A DNA stretch of 63,432 nucleotides, filler included, from Octopus bimaculoides (Eukaryota): the NCBI RefSeq assembly GCF_001194135.2. It is 4 parts of 3 records of this genome, joined end to end, with 100 filler letters (N's around TTAATTAATTAA, not from the genome) between each part and the next. Parts side by side here need not be neighbours in the genome. Positions count along the whole stretch, not along the records: positions 28,442 to 48,490 come from NC_069008.1; positions 48,591 to 56,215 come from NC_068981.1; 2 more parts are not named here. One strand, given 5' to 3'. Each line of letters begins with the position of its first letter. Position 1 is the first letter of the stretch. The notes beneath the pieces are model-generated. The model did not search any database. It saw only the letters and a list, made by a program, of their open reading frames with translations, and had not been told where the DNA came from. This document shows, piece by piece, positions 41,081 to 52,970 of the stretch. Both the position numbers and the translations under genes were made by a program.

Positions 41081-42176
41081 GAATTTTAATGGACACTTAA
41101 CTTTAAGATGTTGCCATAAATTTAAAAAGACATTCAAATATTTCAATTATTAATCACAATAATCTTTTAATAAATTATCATATAATAAGGTTAATTTCTA
41201 TTAAACTGCTTAATATAATGAGTAAGTAATTAATCATAGCAATGTAAAGCTTTGATTAAGCATAATGTTGAATTCTTATCCATAATTTTTATTATTTGAT
41301 TATCCACTGAGATCATCAAGAATTGTATATATTATTAATTATATTAATTTTTCAATTATTTTATAATATAATGATTAAATATGTATTTAATTATCTTGTC
41401 CATTGTTTTTATTCTTTAGTTATCTATAATAGTAATTGTATACATTATAATTAATTATAATAATTTTTCAATTATTATATTATAAAGTTAATTCCTACAT
41501 AAGAGTTTATCATAATGAATAAGTAGACATTTCATTGTCTTTTCTGTAATTTTAGTTTTTTAATTATCCAGTGAGATCTTCAGTGGCTGTATATGTTGTT
41601 GAATATAATAATACTTCAGTTATTACAAAATAAGGTTAATTCTTGTAGAAGGGTTTATTATATTAAATAAATAAATAGGTAGTTGATTATTGTGATGTAA
41701 AGTATACAATTTTCTATAAAGCATTATGTAGAATTGCTATCTCTAGTTTTTATTCTTTTATCTATTAAGCACAATGTAGAATTCTTGTCTGCAGTTTTTC
41801 TTCTTTAGATATACAGTGATATTATCAATTTTGGTAGATGAATATCCTTGTTTTCTATGTTAGGCTTTTTTTTGTGTAGATATCAAATTGTCAAAAACAT
41901 ATGGAGTTACTATGGTATTTTCTATATTTTATTTTTATAAACTATTTTTTATCTTTTATTTTTATAAACTAAATTAGTTATTCAATGACATCACTCTTGG
42001 TTGAATGAATGAATGTCTAAAGCTAAATTTGGTTTGGCATTTCTTTTTGTTAGTGTTTTTTAACAGCTAAAATTTTTTCAGATGTTCAGTTTTACCAATT
42101 TGGATTACCATTATAAATAATGTTGTGTTGACATAAATTTTCATAATATTATTATTAATTTTAATAATATTATGTA

Positions 42177-42214
<38 letters not shown>

Positions 42215-42499
42215 ACTATATATATGTATGTATGCATATGTTAATGCAATTGAAACAATTGTTGGATTTCTAAGGTGAAATCTAAAACAAAGATATGATT
42301 TTCTTTGAACATATTATTGATTGTTACACACACATATATATGTATGTATATATATATAAATATATATAAATNNNNNNNNNNNNNNNNNNNNNNNNNNNNN
42401 NNNNNNNNNNNNNNNNNNNNNNNNNNNNNNNNNNNNNNNNNNNNNNNNNNNNNNNNNNNNNNNNNNNNTATGTATGTATGGCAAATAAAGTGAGTTCAC

Positions 42500-42914
42500 A
42501 GCTGTAACCTACGCAAGTGTTGCATAACCAGCCCACTCAAAAGTACCTAGGATCAAGTACATCAACATCAATATCAAAATCAAATCAAATGGAAATTGTA
42601 GTTGTGACCCCCATGCCAGTAGCACCTAAACTGCACCATCTGAATGTGGCTAATGCTAGTGCTGCTTTGACTGGCTTCCGTGCCAGAGGCATGTGAAAAG
42701 CCCCATCCGGTCGTGGTCAATGCCAGTTCCTCTGGCTCCTGTGCTGGTGGCACGTAAAAAGCATCCACTATACTCTCAGAGTGGTTGGCATTAGGAAGGG
42801 CATCCAGTTGTAGAAACACTCCCAGATCAGATTGGGCTCTAGTGCAGCCTTCTGGCTTCCCAGATCCCAGTCAAACCGTCCAACCCATGCCAGCATGGAA
42901 AACGGACGTTAAAC

Positions 42915-42955
<41 letters not shown>
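42500..42955 (+). mobile_element. Octopod SINE-like repeat with (GAT)n tail; relatives at about 45625-45880 (-) and 55960-56155 (+)
   Basis: Shared 'gtggttggc.ttaggaagggcatccag.tgtagaaac...gtccaacccatgc.agcatggaa...ggacgttaaacgatgatgatg'. Confidence 0.8.
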
Positions 42956-42956
<1 letters not shown>

Positions 42957-43025
42957 ATGTATATATATATATATGTGTGTGTGTGTATGTATATATGTNN
43001 NNNNNNNNATGTAATACATGTATAC

Positions 43026-43056
<31 letters not shown>

Positions 43057-43083
43057 TACATATATGTATATACATATATACAC

Positions 43084-43114
<31 letters not shown>

Positions 43115-44934
43115 CATATATACATACATATATATGTATATATATGTATATATGCATTTATACATGTATATATATATGTATATGTAGTTATGTTTTTGCT
43201 TATTAAATAGACAATACTGTTAAGTGCTATATATATATATATTGTACTTAAAAAGAGAATTCAGGTAGGTTCAACAATTTCGAATAATAACACAACATAT
43301 ACTCAGCCATAAAACTGGTGCATGCAAAGTATTAAAATATATTTAACGCATCAGTCATTAAAATATTTTGAAATATCAAAAATTTACAGATACATAAGTA
43401 TATAGAAATATAATAGACATATATGGGCAGAAAAACTATACTGATGTATAAAAATATATTAGCATCTTTAAAGGTATATATCGCAGACATCGTTCTACTT
43501 ACAGATTCAGTGCATTTTTTTAAAAGTTACTATAAAAATATTAAGAAATAAAAGTATAGATCCTTGCGAAAAGGTAAAAAAAAAAAAAATATCTAAGCAT
43601 CCAGATGGAAGATAAAGTCTGCAATGGTTAGATGGTGGTACACCAATTTCAAGAATTAAGTGGTGATACTCTGATGGCCATTACAAGGGTGCAGTAATCC
43701 ATACTAATAAAGGATATTCCTATCCAAATTTTAAACACTGCCTCCTTCATCAGGGAGAATGTAATAGTTATGGATTCACATCTCATATGCTGCCTAATGA
43801 GTAAATGGGTGTTTGATTTTATAAAGAGTTATACGTGTTAGAAGGAAGACGAAATATTATAGCAAGAATTGTGAGAAGTAAATTTAGAAAAAATGGTAGA
43901 TTATTAACAAGTAATTATTCACTAAGAGGAAGGTGAGGGGAGGTGCGAGTATAAATATTAGGTGGGATGTAGCTAATTATAGAGTTTAATGATCAATTTA
44001 TCCAGATAGATCAAAATGCTTAAGTGTTGAGTGATATCTATGGTTACAAGAATACATAGTATCAGAGAACTTATTCAATAATGTAGAGTTATATCCATGG
44101 AGAATACTTATAGATTATTTAATACATAACTTACATACACATTTAATTGCATTATACGGAGGGGCTTCTGCTATTAGAGACCAAGATAATGAGTATTATA
44201 TATATATATATATGGGCTTTTTTCAGGTTTTTTTCTACCAAATCAACTTACAAGGTTTTGGTTAACCCAAGGCTATAGTAGAAGACACTTGCCATGGAGA
44301 GGGACTGAACCCAGAACCATGTGGTTGGGAAGCAAGCTTCTTACCACGCAGCCATGCCTGCACCTATATATATATATATATATANNNNNNNNNNNNNNNN
44401 NNNNNNNNNNNNNNNNNNNNNNNNNNNNNNNNNNNNNNNNNNNNNNNNNNNNNNNNNNNNNNNNNNNNNNNNNNNNNNNNNNNNNNNNNNNNNNNNNNNN
44501 NNNNNNNNNNNNNNNNNNNNNNNNNNNNNNNNNNNNNNNNNNNNNNNNNNNNNNNNNNNNNNNNNNNNNNNNNNNNNNNNNNNNNNNNNNNNNNNNNNNN
44601 NNNNNNNNNNNNNNNNNNNNNNNNNNNNNNNNNNNNNNNNNNNNNNNNNNNNNNNNNNNNNNNNNNNNNNNNNNNNNNNNNNNNNNNNNNNNNNNNNNNN
44701 NNNNNNNNNNNNNNNNNNNNNNNNNNNNNNNNNNNNNNNNNNNNNNNNNNNNNNNNNNNNNNNNNNNNNNNNNNNNNNNNNNNNNNNNNNNNNNNNNNNN
44801 NNNNNNNNNNNNNNNNNNNNNNNNNNNNNNNNNNNNNNNNNNNNNNNNNNNNNNNNNNNNNNNNNNNNNNNNNNNNNNNNNNNNNNNNNNNNNNNNNNNN
44901 NNNNNNNNNNNNNNNNNNNNNNNNNNNNNNNNNN

Positions 44935-44968
<34 letters not shown>

Positions 44969-47442
44969 TATGTAAAACACACACACATATATATATATAT
45001 GAATTGTGTATATGCATATATATACACATAGTACATATATTGTGTGCGTGTAATACATATATTGTGTGTATATATAGATGGATAAAGAAATAGATAGATT
45101 TGAATTATGTAATAGAAGCAGCTCTAGATTAAAATGTATATCTTTATGACATACTTAACATAAATATAACATTGAGAAGTCAGAGGATGCAATAGCCATC
45201 TTGGAAAAGCTCCTTTTATGGATGTAGTGTGTTAAAAAATATCACCATATACTTCAAAGCTAGATGTAACAAAATTGCCCCAGAAGTGATCCTGCGAGTA
45301 ATAAATGCCCTTATCACCGATCTTGCAGCTTGTCAATGTATAATTGGAATTTATTCCACCTACCAGCATCTTTGCAAGTCCAGTGGATTATTTATTCATT
45401 GTTTCTATATACTTCAGACAGGCTGAGGCAACTTCATGCCAGAGGTGACCTGAGTCACTGACTCAGTACAAAAGCAGCAAAATGCACATCTGTCATTTTT
45501 GGGATTGCTTCCAGAGCAATTTCATTTCATCTTTCTTTGAAGTTTATTGTTCCCTATAAAGGGATCTTTTCTAAGAAGACCACTCAGCCTCTGACTTTTC
45601 AGTGATATGCATGTTATATATCCTCATCATCATCGTCATCATTTAATGCCTGTTCTCCATGCTGGCATGGCTCAGATGGTTTAGCAGTAGCTGGCCATCA
45701 GGCTCCAGTTGTCTGTTTTTGCTTGATTTATATAACTGGATGCCATTCCTAACACCAACCACTTCACAGAGTGTGCTGGGTGCCTTTCATCTGGCACCAG
45801 TAGGAGTGTTTTATATGTGACACCAGCACAGGAGCTTTATATGTGGCACTGACACAAGTGCTTTTTTACATGGCACATGACTATATGGACTCATGAGTTC
45901 ATGTAGTCATGTGACTGTTTGAATGATAGTTGTGTCAAAAGTTCAGGCTGTTTGTCTCTGTTTTTGATTGTTTTGAGTATTTCGATTGTATTTTCATTCT
46001 TGGATTTTTCTTCAATAATGGAAATGTTTTGATGTATAATATTGAATATTATCTTTAAATTGTATTTGTTTTATTTCAAGTTTCTGAATTTTAAACCATT
46101 GAGCATAGTCTTCATGCTAGATTACACAGTGTATTTGTGTAGGGTATGTTTTATGTTGTATTAAGTAAATAGTATGTATTATTTAGAGTGTTCTGATTTG
46201 TAGTGGATGTCAGCTTTGATGTTTGCGTTATTTTTGATTAAGTTCTGTCAGTTGATTTTGACTATATTCCATTGTGAACTGCAAATTATTGTTTATATTA
46301 TGATTCATAATGTACATATGTATAAATATGTGTGTGTGTGTGTGTGTGCAGTGTATATATATGTATATTTAGAAGGCTGTTTGTTATGGCTGGTCAGAGA
46401 GTGACCGTTAGTTTCTCACCTATAAAGTGCCTAGCTGTAGGGGCTACTCATTAGACTCAAATGGCTGGAGGTTATGTGCCTAACCTATCTAATGAGTTGC
46501 CTCTACAACTAAGCACTTTATTGGAGTCAAACCAATGATCACTCCATGATCGGTCATAACAGTTAACTTCCTAAAAAGTATATTACTGCTCAGATGTTTT
46601 AGAGTGCGCTTCTTTTTTGTGTATATGAACTACTGATGATATGTGTGTGTATGTGGGTGTGCATGNNNNNNNNNNNNNNNNNNNNNNNNNNNNNNNNNNN
46701 NNNNNNNNNNNNNNNNNNNNNNNNNNNNNNNNNNNNNNNNNNNNNNNNNNNNNNNNNNNNNNNNNNNNNNNNNNNNNNNNNNNNNNNNNNNNNNNNNNNN
46801 NNNNNNNNNNNNNNNNNNNNNNNNNNNNNNNNNNNNNNNNNNNNNNNNNNNNNNNNNNNNNNNNNNNNNNNNNNNNNNNNNNNNNNNNNNNNNNNNNNNN
46901 NNNNNNNNNNNNNNNNNNNNNNNNNNNNNNNNNNNNNNNNNNNNNNNNNNNNNNNNNNNNNNNNNNNNNNNNNNNNNNNNNNNNNNNNNNNNNNNNNNNN
47001 NNNNNNNNNNNNNNNNNNNNNNNNNNNNNNNNNNNNNNNNNNNNNNNNNNNNNNNNNNNNNNNNNNNNNNNNNNNNNNNNNNNNNNNNNNNNNNNNNNNN
47101 NNNNNNNNNNNNNNNNNNNNNNNNNNNNNNNNNNNNNNNNNNNNNNNNNNNNNNNNNNNNNNNNNNNNNNNNNNNNNNNNNNNNNNNNNNNNNNNNNNNN
47201 NNNNNNNNNNNNNNNNNNNNNNNNNNNNNNNNNNNNNNNNNNNNNNNNNNNNNNNNNNNNNNNNNNNNNNNNNNNNNNNNNNNNNNNNNNNNNNNNNNNN
47301 NNNNNNNNNNNNNNNNNNNNNNNNNNNNNNNNNNNNNNNNNNNNNNNNNNNNNNNNNNNNNNNNNNNNNNNNNNNNNNNNNNNNNNNNNNNNNNNNNNNN
47401 NNNNNNNNNNNNNNNNNNNNNNNNNNNNNNNNNNNNNNNNNN

Positions 47443-47475
<33 letters not shown>

Positions 47476-47479
47476 GGCT

Positions 47480-48330
47480 GACTGCTATGTCAGCATGCTG
47501 ATACTGCTTGCTAGTACCCTTCATCTAAGATTGCAAAACAATTTTTCACCGCACTTGATTGCTGCTTCCCTAAAAATGAGTGTACAGCAAAATATTCAAC
47601 TCTCTCACCATAAAACTATCCTATGCAAATACATCAAACTTAGAGCACCATATTCATAAGATTAACAACTGTAAACTGAGGTGAAAATTAGTCAGAACTC
47701 AAAAATAACCTTCTTGATATCAACGATAACTTATATGACCAACCTAAAGACAACGTTTATAACTCAAATTATACTACCAACCAACAGAGCAATAATTAAA
47801 ATATCCATGATAACCATCCAACAAATAACACCAGCAACAATTCAAATAATAAACTGAGAACACCTACAAATAGTGATAATAAAACGATAATATTGACAAT
47901 CAACATACTAAACAGAACCAATCCCTCCAGTGCTCGATGTACACAAGCCAACAAAATCAAACAGAGTTATGCTCATGCAGAAATAGATCCAATTGTCCTT
48001 TGGATAACCAATGTATGACTAAGAACATGATATACAAGTGCACTAGAAATACTAGAGGAGACCTTTACATATATATCGGGGCATCGGCTGATCTTTTCAA
48101 AAATCAATACCGCAACCACATTGCCAGCTTTCAAAATATCCTTAAGTGACATGTAACATCGCTGGCTGATTTTATATGCAGGCTTAATGAAGTGAAGACA
48201 AATTACATGGTCCATACTTAGATATGTGAGTCCCTTTATATACTATATCCCAGAAATGCCAGTTATGCTCTGAGGAGTCACTCTCGATAATGTTAACAAA
48301 GGAGCGCATTATAAATAAATTCATTGAACA
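47480..48330 (+). mobile_element. Penelope-like element C-terminal part (linker + GIY-YIG)
   Basis: 'KIFNSLTIKLSYANTSNLE' and 'CSCRNRSNCPLDNQCMTKNMIYKC...YIYIGASADLFKNQYRNHIASF'. Confidence 0.85.
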
Positions 48331-48802
48331 AATACCCAGATGCCAACACACAGCTAATTCAGACCATACATAACTTACAGTATACACGGTGCCCACAACT
48401 CTTAATACACATTAACTTGAGGAACTATATTCAAATAACTTGTATCTGACATATGATCTTGCAATCTAGATCCATATATGTATATGTATANNNNNNNNNN
48501 NNNNNNNNNNNNNNNNNNNNNNNNNNNNNNNNNNTTAATTAATTAANNNNNNNNNNNNNNNNNNNNNNNNNNNNNNNNNNNNNNNNNNNNGAACAATAAT
48601 AATAATAATAATAATAATAATTATTATTATTATTATTATTATAATAATAATAATAATAGAAATGAGAATTTGAAGCTGGGGGTACATGGTATGATCATCA
48701 AGTCAAAAGTCAGAGAAATGCATAATTTTATGGAATTTTCCTGCCAGTGCCGTCTGACTGGCTACTGTGCTGGTGGCATGTAAAAAGCACCTTTTGAGTA
48801 TG

Positions 48803-48836
<34 letters not shown>

Positions 48837-50358
48837 ATGATTTAAAATTTGGGCCCAGGGCCAGCAGTTTTTGGGGTGGGGGGTAAGTCAATTACATTGA
48901 TCTCAGTGTTCAACTGGTACTTATTTTATCAACTGTGAAAGGATGAAAGGCTAAGTTGATCTTGACAGAATTTGAATTCAGAATGTAAAGATAGACGAAA
49001 TGCTGCTAAGCATTTTGCCCAGCATTCTAACAATTCTACCTGCTCACTACTTTAACAACAGCAACAACAACCACAAAAACAGCAGCAGCAATAATAATAA
49101 TTCTTATATAAGCACAAGGCCTGAGATTTTGGAGGTAAGGAACTAGTTGATTACATCAGCCCCTATGCACAAGTGGTACTTATTGTGTTGATCCCTAAAA
49201 GATGAAAAGCAAAGTTGACCTCCACAGGATTTTGAACTCGCATCTTAAGAAGCCTGAAGAAATGATGTTAAGCATTTTGTTTAGCATGCTAATTAAAGGG
49301 CTGCTGATATTTTGTATTTGCATGATTTGGGGTTATTAATTCTGCAAAGCACCACTATGCAGCAGATGCAATACATTTGCAGTTGAGTAAACTGGAGCAA
49401 GTGAAATGAAGTACCTCACCCTAAAACACGACATTCTTCTCAGTCTAGGAATTGAAACCATAACCCTACAATGACAAGTCCAACAGTTTTACAACTGAGA
49501 GTAATTCCTCATAAGTTTGTGGCTTCTTGCTACTGATATGAGTTAATTCCATTCACTGGCCACTTCAATTATTCTACTTTGGATATCAAAACAATGCTAC
49601 AGAAGTGGCAGCAAATGAAATGCCAAGCCATTTTATTGAGATATGCAAAGGAATGGTGAGAATGGTGAGAATTCTCAAAATTATATGTAGGCTTAGGCAT
49701 AGTTCAGTGTTTAAGAAATTAGTTTCTGAACTATGTGGTTCCAGATTTGATTCTTCTGCATGGTATTTTCTACTGCAGCCATGAGTTGACCAATGGTTTG
49801 TGAGTGGAATTCAATAGAAGAAAACTTGCAGTGTGTGTGTGTGTGTGTGTGTGTGCACGCATGTCTGTATTTATGTCTGGGTCAGAGTTATGATATCATA
49901 CTTGATTAATTTTATGCTGTTGTGTAGGAGTCTTGTCACCATCATTGGTGGAGTGGGATAGCTCTGATGTTGTGCTGGAAGGAGCCAGAACACCTTCAGA
50001 GCTACTTCATTGCCTTGATAAGACATCAACTCCTGCATTTGGAGATGGAGTACTGCAGCATCCTTAACAATAAGTGTTTACTCCAAACACACGTGTTGTA
50101 TTTCTTTATGTTCTGTAACATAGTTGTTCAACAAATAGTAATCAATAAGCTAAATACCAGACTGAACTAAGAACATGGGTGAGTATGGCTGACTGAACCC
50201 TTGGCAGTAGCGCCATGGTCTGGCTGACTGAACCCTTGGCAGTAGCGCCATGGTCTGGCAACAGTTCAATGACTGAAACAATAAAAAGAATATTACCATT
50301 TACTTTTACAGTTGATATTTTAAATGAAGACATTCTCTTTCTCTCTTGATTGTTGCAG

Positions 50359-50474
50359 TCATCTACTCTTGCAATGGTCTTCGTTGCTGGAAGTGTATTT
50401 CAGAGAATTGTCACCAACTTGATCCTAATGCTGAAGCTATGACAGTGGTGTGTAAAAAAGGACAGTCATGCTTA
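50359..50474 (+). CDS. Ly6/uPAR (three-finger) domain protein, internal coding exon
   Basis: Acceptor ctctcttgattgttgcag| (phase 1), encodes (x)IYSCNG-LRCWKCISENCHQLDPNAEAMTVVCKKGQSCL, donor |gtaaga (phase 0). Confidence 0.88.
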
Positions 50475-51818
50475 GTAAGACCTTTGCTTACTTATTATTG
50501 CTCACTGCTCATCTTGTTAAATTTATTAAAAATGTTTAGAAGGGGTAGTAAGTTAGATCTGTTTGGCATTCATAGCTAAAGAGTACACATCTATTTTTTT
50601 TTTTTTTAGCATTACGTCACTTACGACGTCGAGGGTTCCAGTTGATCCAATCAACGGAACAGCCTGCTCGTGAAATTAACATACAAGTGGCTGAGCACTC
50701 CACAGACACGTGTACCCTTAACGTAGTTCTCGGGAATATTCAGCGTGACACAGTGTGACAAGGCTGGCCCTTTGAATTACAGGCACAAGAGAAACAGGAA
50801 GTAAGAGTGAAAGAAAGCTGTGGTGAAAGAGTACAGCAGGGTTTGCCACTATCCCCTGCTGGAGCCTCGTGGAACTTTAGGTGTTTTCGCTCAATANNNN
50901 NNNNNNNNNNNNNNNNNNNNNNNNNNNNNNNNNNNNNNNNNNNNNNNNNNNNNNNNNNNNNNNNNNNNNNNNNNNNNNNNNNNNNNNNNNNNNNNNNNNN
51001 NNNNNNNNNNNNNNNNNNNNNNNNNNNNNNNNNNNNNNNNNNNNNNNNNNNNNNNNNNNNNNNNNNNNNNNNNNNNNNNNNNNNNNNNNNNNNNNNNNNN
51101 NNNNNNNNNNNNNNNNNNNNNNNNNNNNNNNNNNNNNNNNNNNNNNNNNNNNNNNNNNNNNNNNNNNNNNNNNNNNNNNNNNNNNNNNNNNNNNNNNNNN
51201 NNNNNNNNNNNNNNNNNNNNNNNNNNNNNNNNNNNNNNNNNNNNNNNNNNNNNNNNNNNNNNNNNNNNNNNNNNNNNNNNNNNNNNNNNNNNNNNNNNNN
51301 NNNNNNNNNNNNNNNNNNNNNNNNNNNNNNNNNNNNNNNNNNNNNNNNNNNNNNNNNNNNNNNNNNNNNNNNNNNNNNNNNNNNNNNNNNNNNNNNNNNN
51401 NNNNNNNNNNNNNNNNNNNNNNNNNNNNNNNNNNNNNNNNNNNNNNNNNNNNNNNNNNNNNNNNNNNNNNNNNNNNNNNNNNNNNNNNNNNNNNNNNNNN
51501 NNNNNNNNNNNNNNNNNNNNNNNNNNNNNNNNNNNNNNNNNNNNNNNNNNNNNNNNNNNNNNNNNNNNNNNNNNNNNNNNNNNNNNNNNNNNNNNNNNNN
51601 NNNNNNNNNNNNNNNNNNNNNNNNNNNNNNNNNNNNNNNNNNNNNNNNNNNNNNNNNNNNNNNNNNNNNNNNNNNNNNNNNNNNNNNNNNNNNNNNNNNN
51701 NNNNNNNNNNNNNNNNNNNNNNNNNNNNNNNNNNNNNNNNNNNNNNNNNNNNNNNNNNNNNNNNNNNNNNNNNNNNNNNNNNNNNNNNNNNNNNNNNNNN
51801 NNNNNNNNNNNNNNNNNG

Positions 51819-51922
51819 CAAGTGTCTTCTACTATAGCCTCGGCCTGACCAAAGCCTTGTGAGTGGATTTGGTAGACGGAAACTGAAAGAAGCCTGTCGT
51901 ATATGTGCATATATATATATAT

Positions 51923-51957
<35 letters not shown>

Positions 51958-52160
51958 TGTGTCTGTGTTTGTCCCCCCAACATCGGTTGATAACTAATGG
52001 TGGTGTGTTTACGTCCCCGTAACTTAGCGGTTCGGCAAAAGAGACTGATAGAATAAGTACTAGGCTTACAAAGAATAAGTCCTGGGGTCGATTTGCTCGA
52101 CTAAAGGCGGTGCTCCAGCATGGCTGCAGTCAAATGACTGAAACAAGTGAAAATGAAAAT
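51819..52160 (+). mobile_element. Bipartite tRNA-derived SINE with an internal microsatellite (intronic copy)
   Basis: 'caagtgtcttctactatagcc...gtggatttggtagacggaaactgaaagaagcc' + (AT)n(GT)n + 'tttgtcccccc...gcggttcggcaaaagaga...cagtcaaatgactgaaacaagt'. Other copies or halves at about 28645-28803, 35945-36130, 44205-44365, 58527-58790, 60515-60720, 60855-61212, 61870-62315 and 62655-62990. Confidence 0.85.
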
Positions 52161-52169
52161 GAAATACGG

Positions 52170-52560
52170 CATTGATCCTGACCATCAGCTCAGCTTTGGT
52201 GTTGCAGTTGATGTCTTTCTCAATCACACCCCACACATAATAATCCATGGGATTACAATTAGAGAAATTAGAAGGATAGAAATTGGGGCTGGTGGTGAAA
52301 TCAAAGAGCTCCTCCAATAACCACTTCTCACTCTTTCTAGATGTATGACAAAAAGCTGACTCTTGCTGTCACACATATGACCTTCCAGCAGCAACCCTCT
52401 CCAACCAGGGATTACTAAAGTTTCCAGCAACTTTACATAGCCGTTTGAATTGAGCCTAAGCCCCTGTTCAAAAATGTGAGGTAGCATGATGTTAATCTCA
52501 CTAGAGACACATCCACAGACCTGATGGCCTGTGGATGGGAGAACTTGGCTTTCATGATAT
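52170..52560 (-). mobile_element. Tc1/mariner maT-like (DD37D-type) transposase fragment in the Ly6 intron
   Basis: 'PHIFEQGLRLNSNGYVKLLETLVIP' and 'FDFTTSPNFYPSNFSNCNPMDYYVWGVIEKD'. The DD37D assignment rests on motif similarity because the copy is decayed. Confidence 0.75.
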
Positions 52561-52703
52561 GTGGGACATATCCATCATATACCAGCAAATATATTATGAT
52601 GAAGCTGTTTTTGTTAACTCCTTTTCTTTCTTTTCTTTTTTAATTTTATTCAGCTCTTCTTTTATATATTTTTTAATTTTATTTATTTATCTATTTTTTA
52701 CAG

Positions 52704-52970
52704 AAAGTTATATATCAGGTTGGAAGAATTTTCCCTCGGTACAAGTCAATTGTTAGATCATGCTCAGCTGGAATATGCACTTCACACACCACAGAAGAAT
52801 TTCACAACTGCTCGTCTAATCCACGCAAATATAATGTTACTGGTTGTTTCCTCCGCACCTGTTGTGACGACAAAGACTTTTGCAATGACAGCAGTATTGT
52901 CAACGGTTATCTGGGGATCTATATAGGAATAGTGTTGTCTCTTTCTTTCTCATTGTTCTGGTCATATTAG
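52704..52970 (+). CDS. Ly6/uPAR (three-finger) domain protein, last coding exon with GPI-signal-like tail
   Basis: Acceptor ctattttttacag| (phase 0, matching the previous donor), encodes KVIYQVGRIFPRYKSIVRSCSAGICTSHTTEEFHNCSSNPRKYNVTGCFLRTCCDDKDFCNDSSIVNGYLGIYIGIVLSLSFSLFWSY*. Has the CCx5CN motif and a hydrophobic C-terminus. AATAAA at 53456-53461. Confidence 0.9.
   Translation, partial: KVIYQVGRIFPRYKSIVRSCSAGICTSHTTEEFHNCSSNPRKYNVTGCFLRTCCDDKDFCNDSSIVNGYLGIYIGIVLSLSFSLFWSY

Noticed and set aside
44273-51983. Long ORFs of 200-370 aa spanning X runs (also 23.3-24.0 and 57.0-57.6 kb)
   Set aside because: They are open only because N-gaps contain no stop codons.
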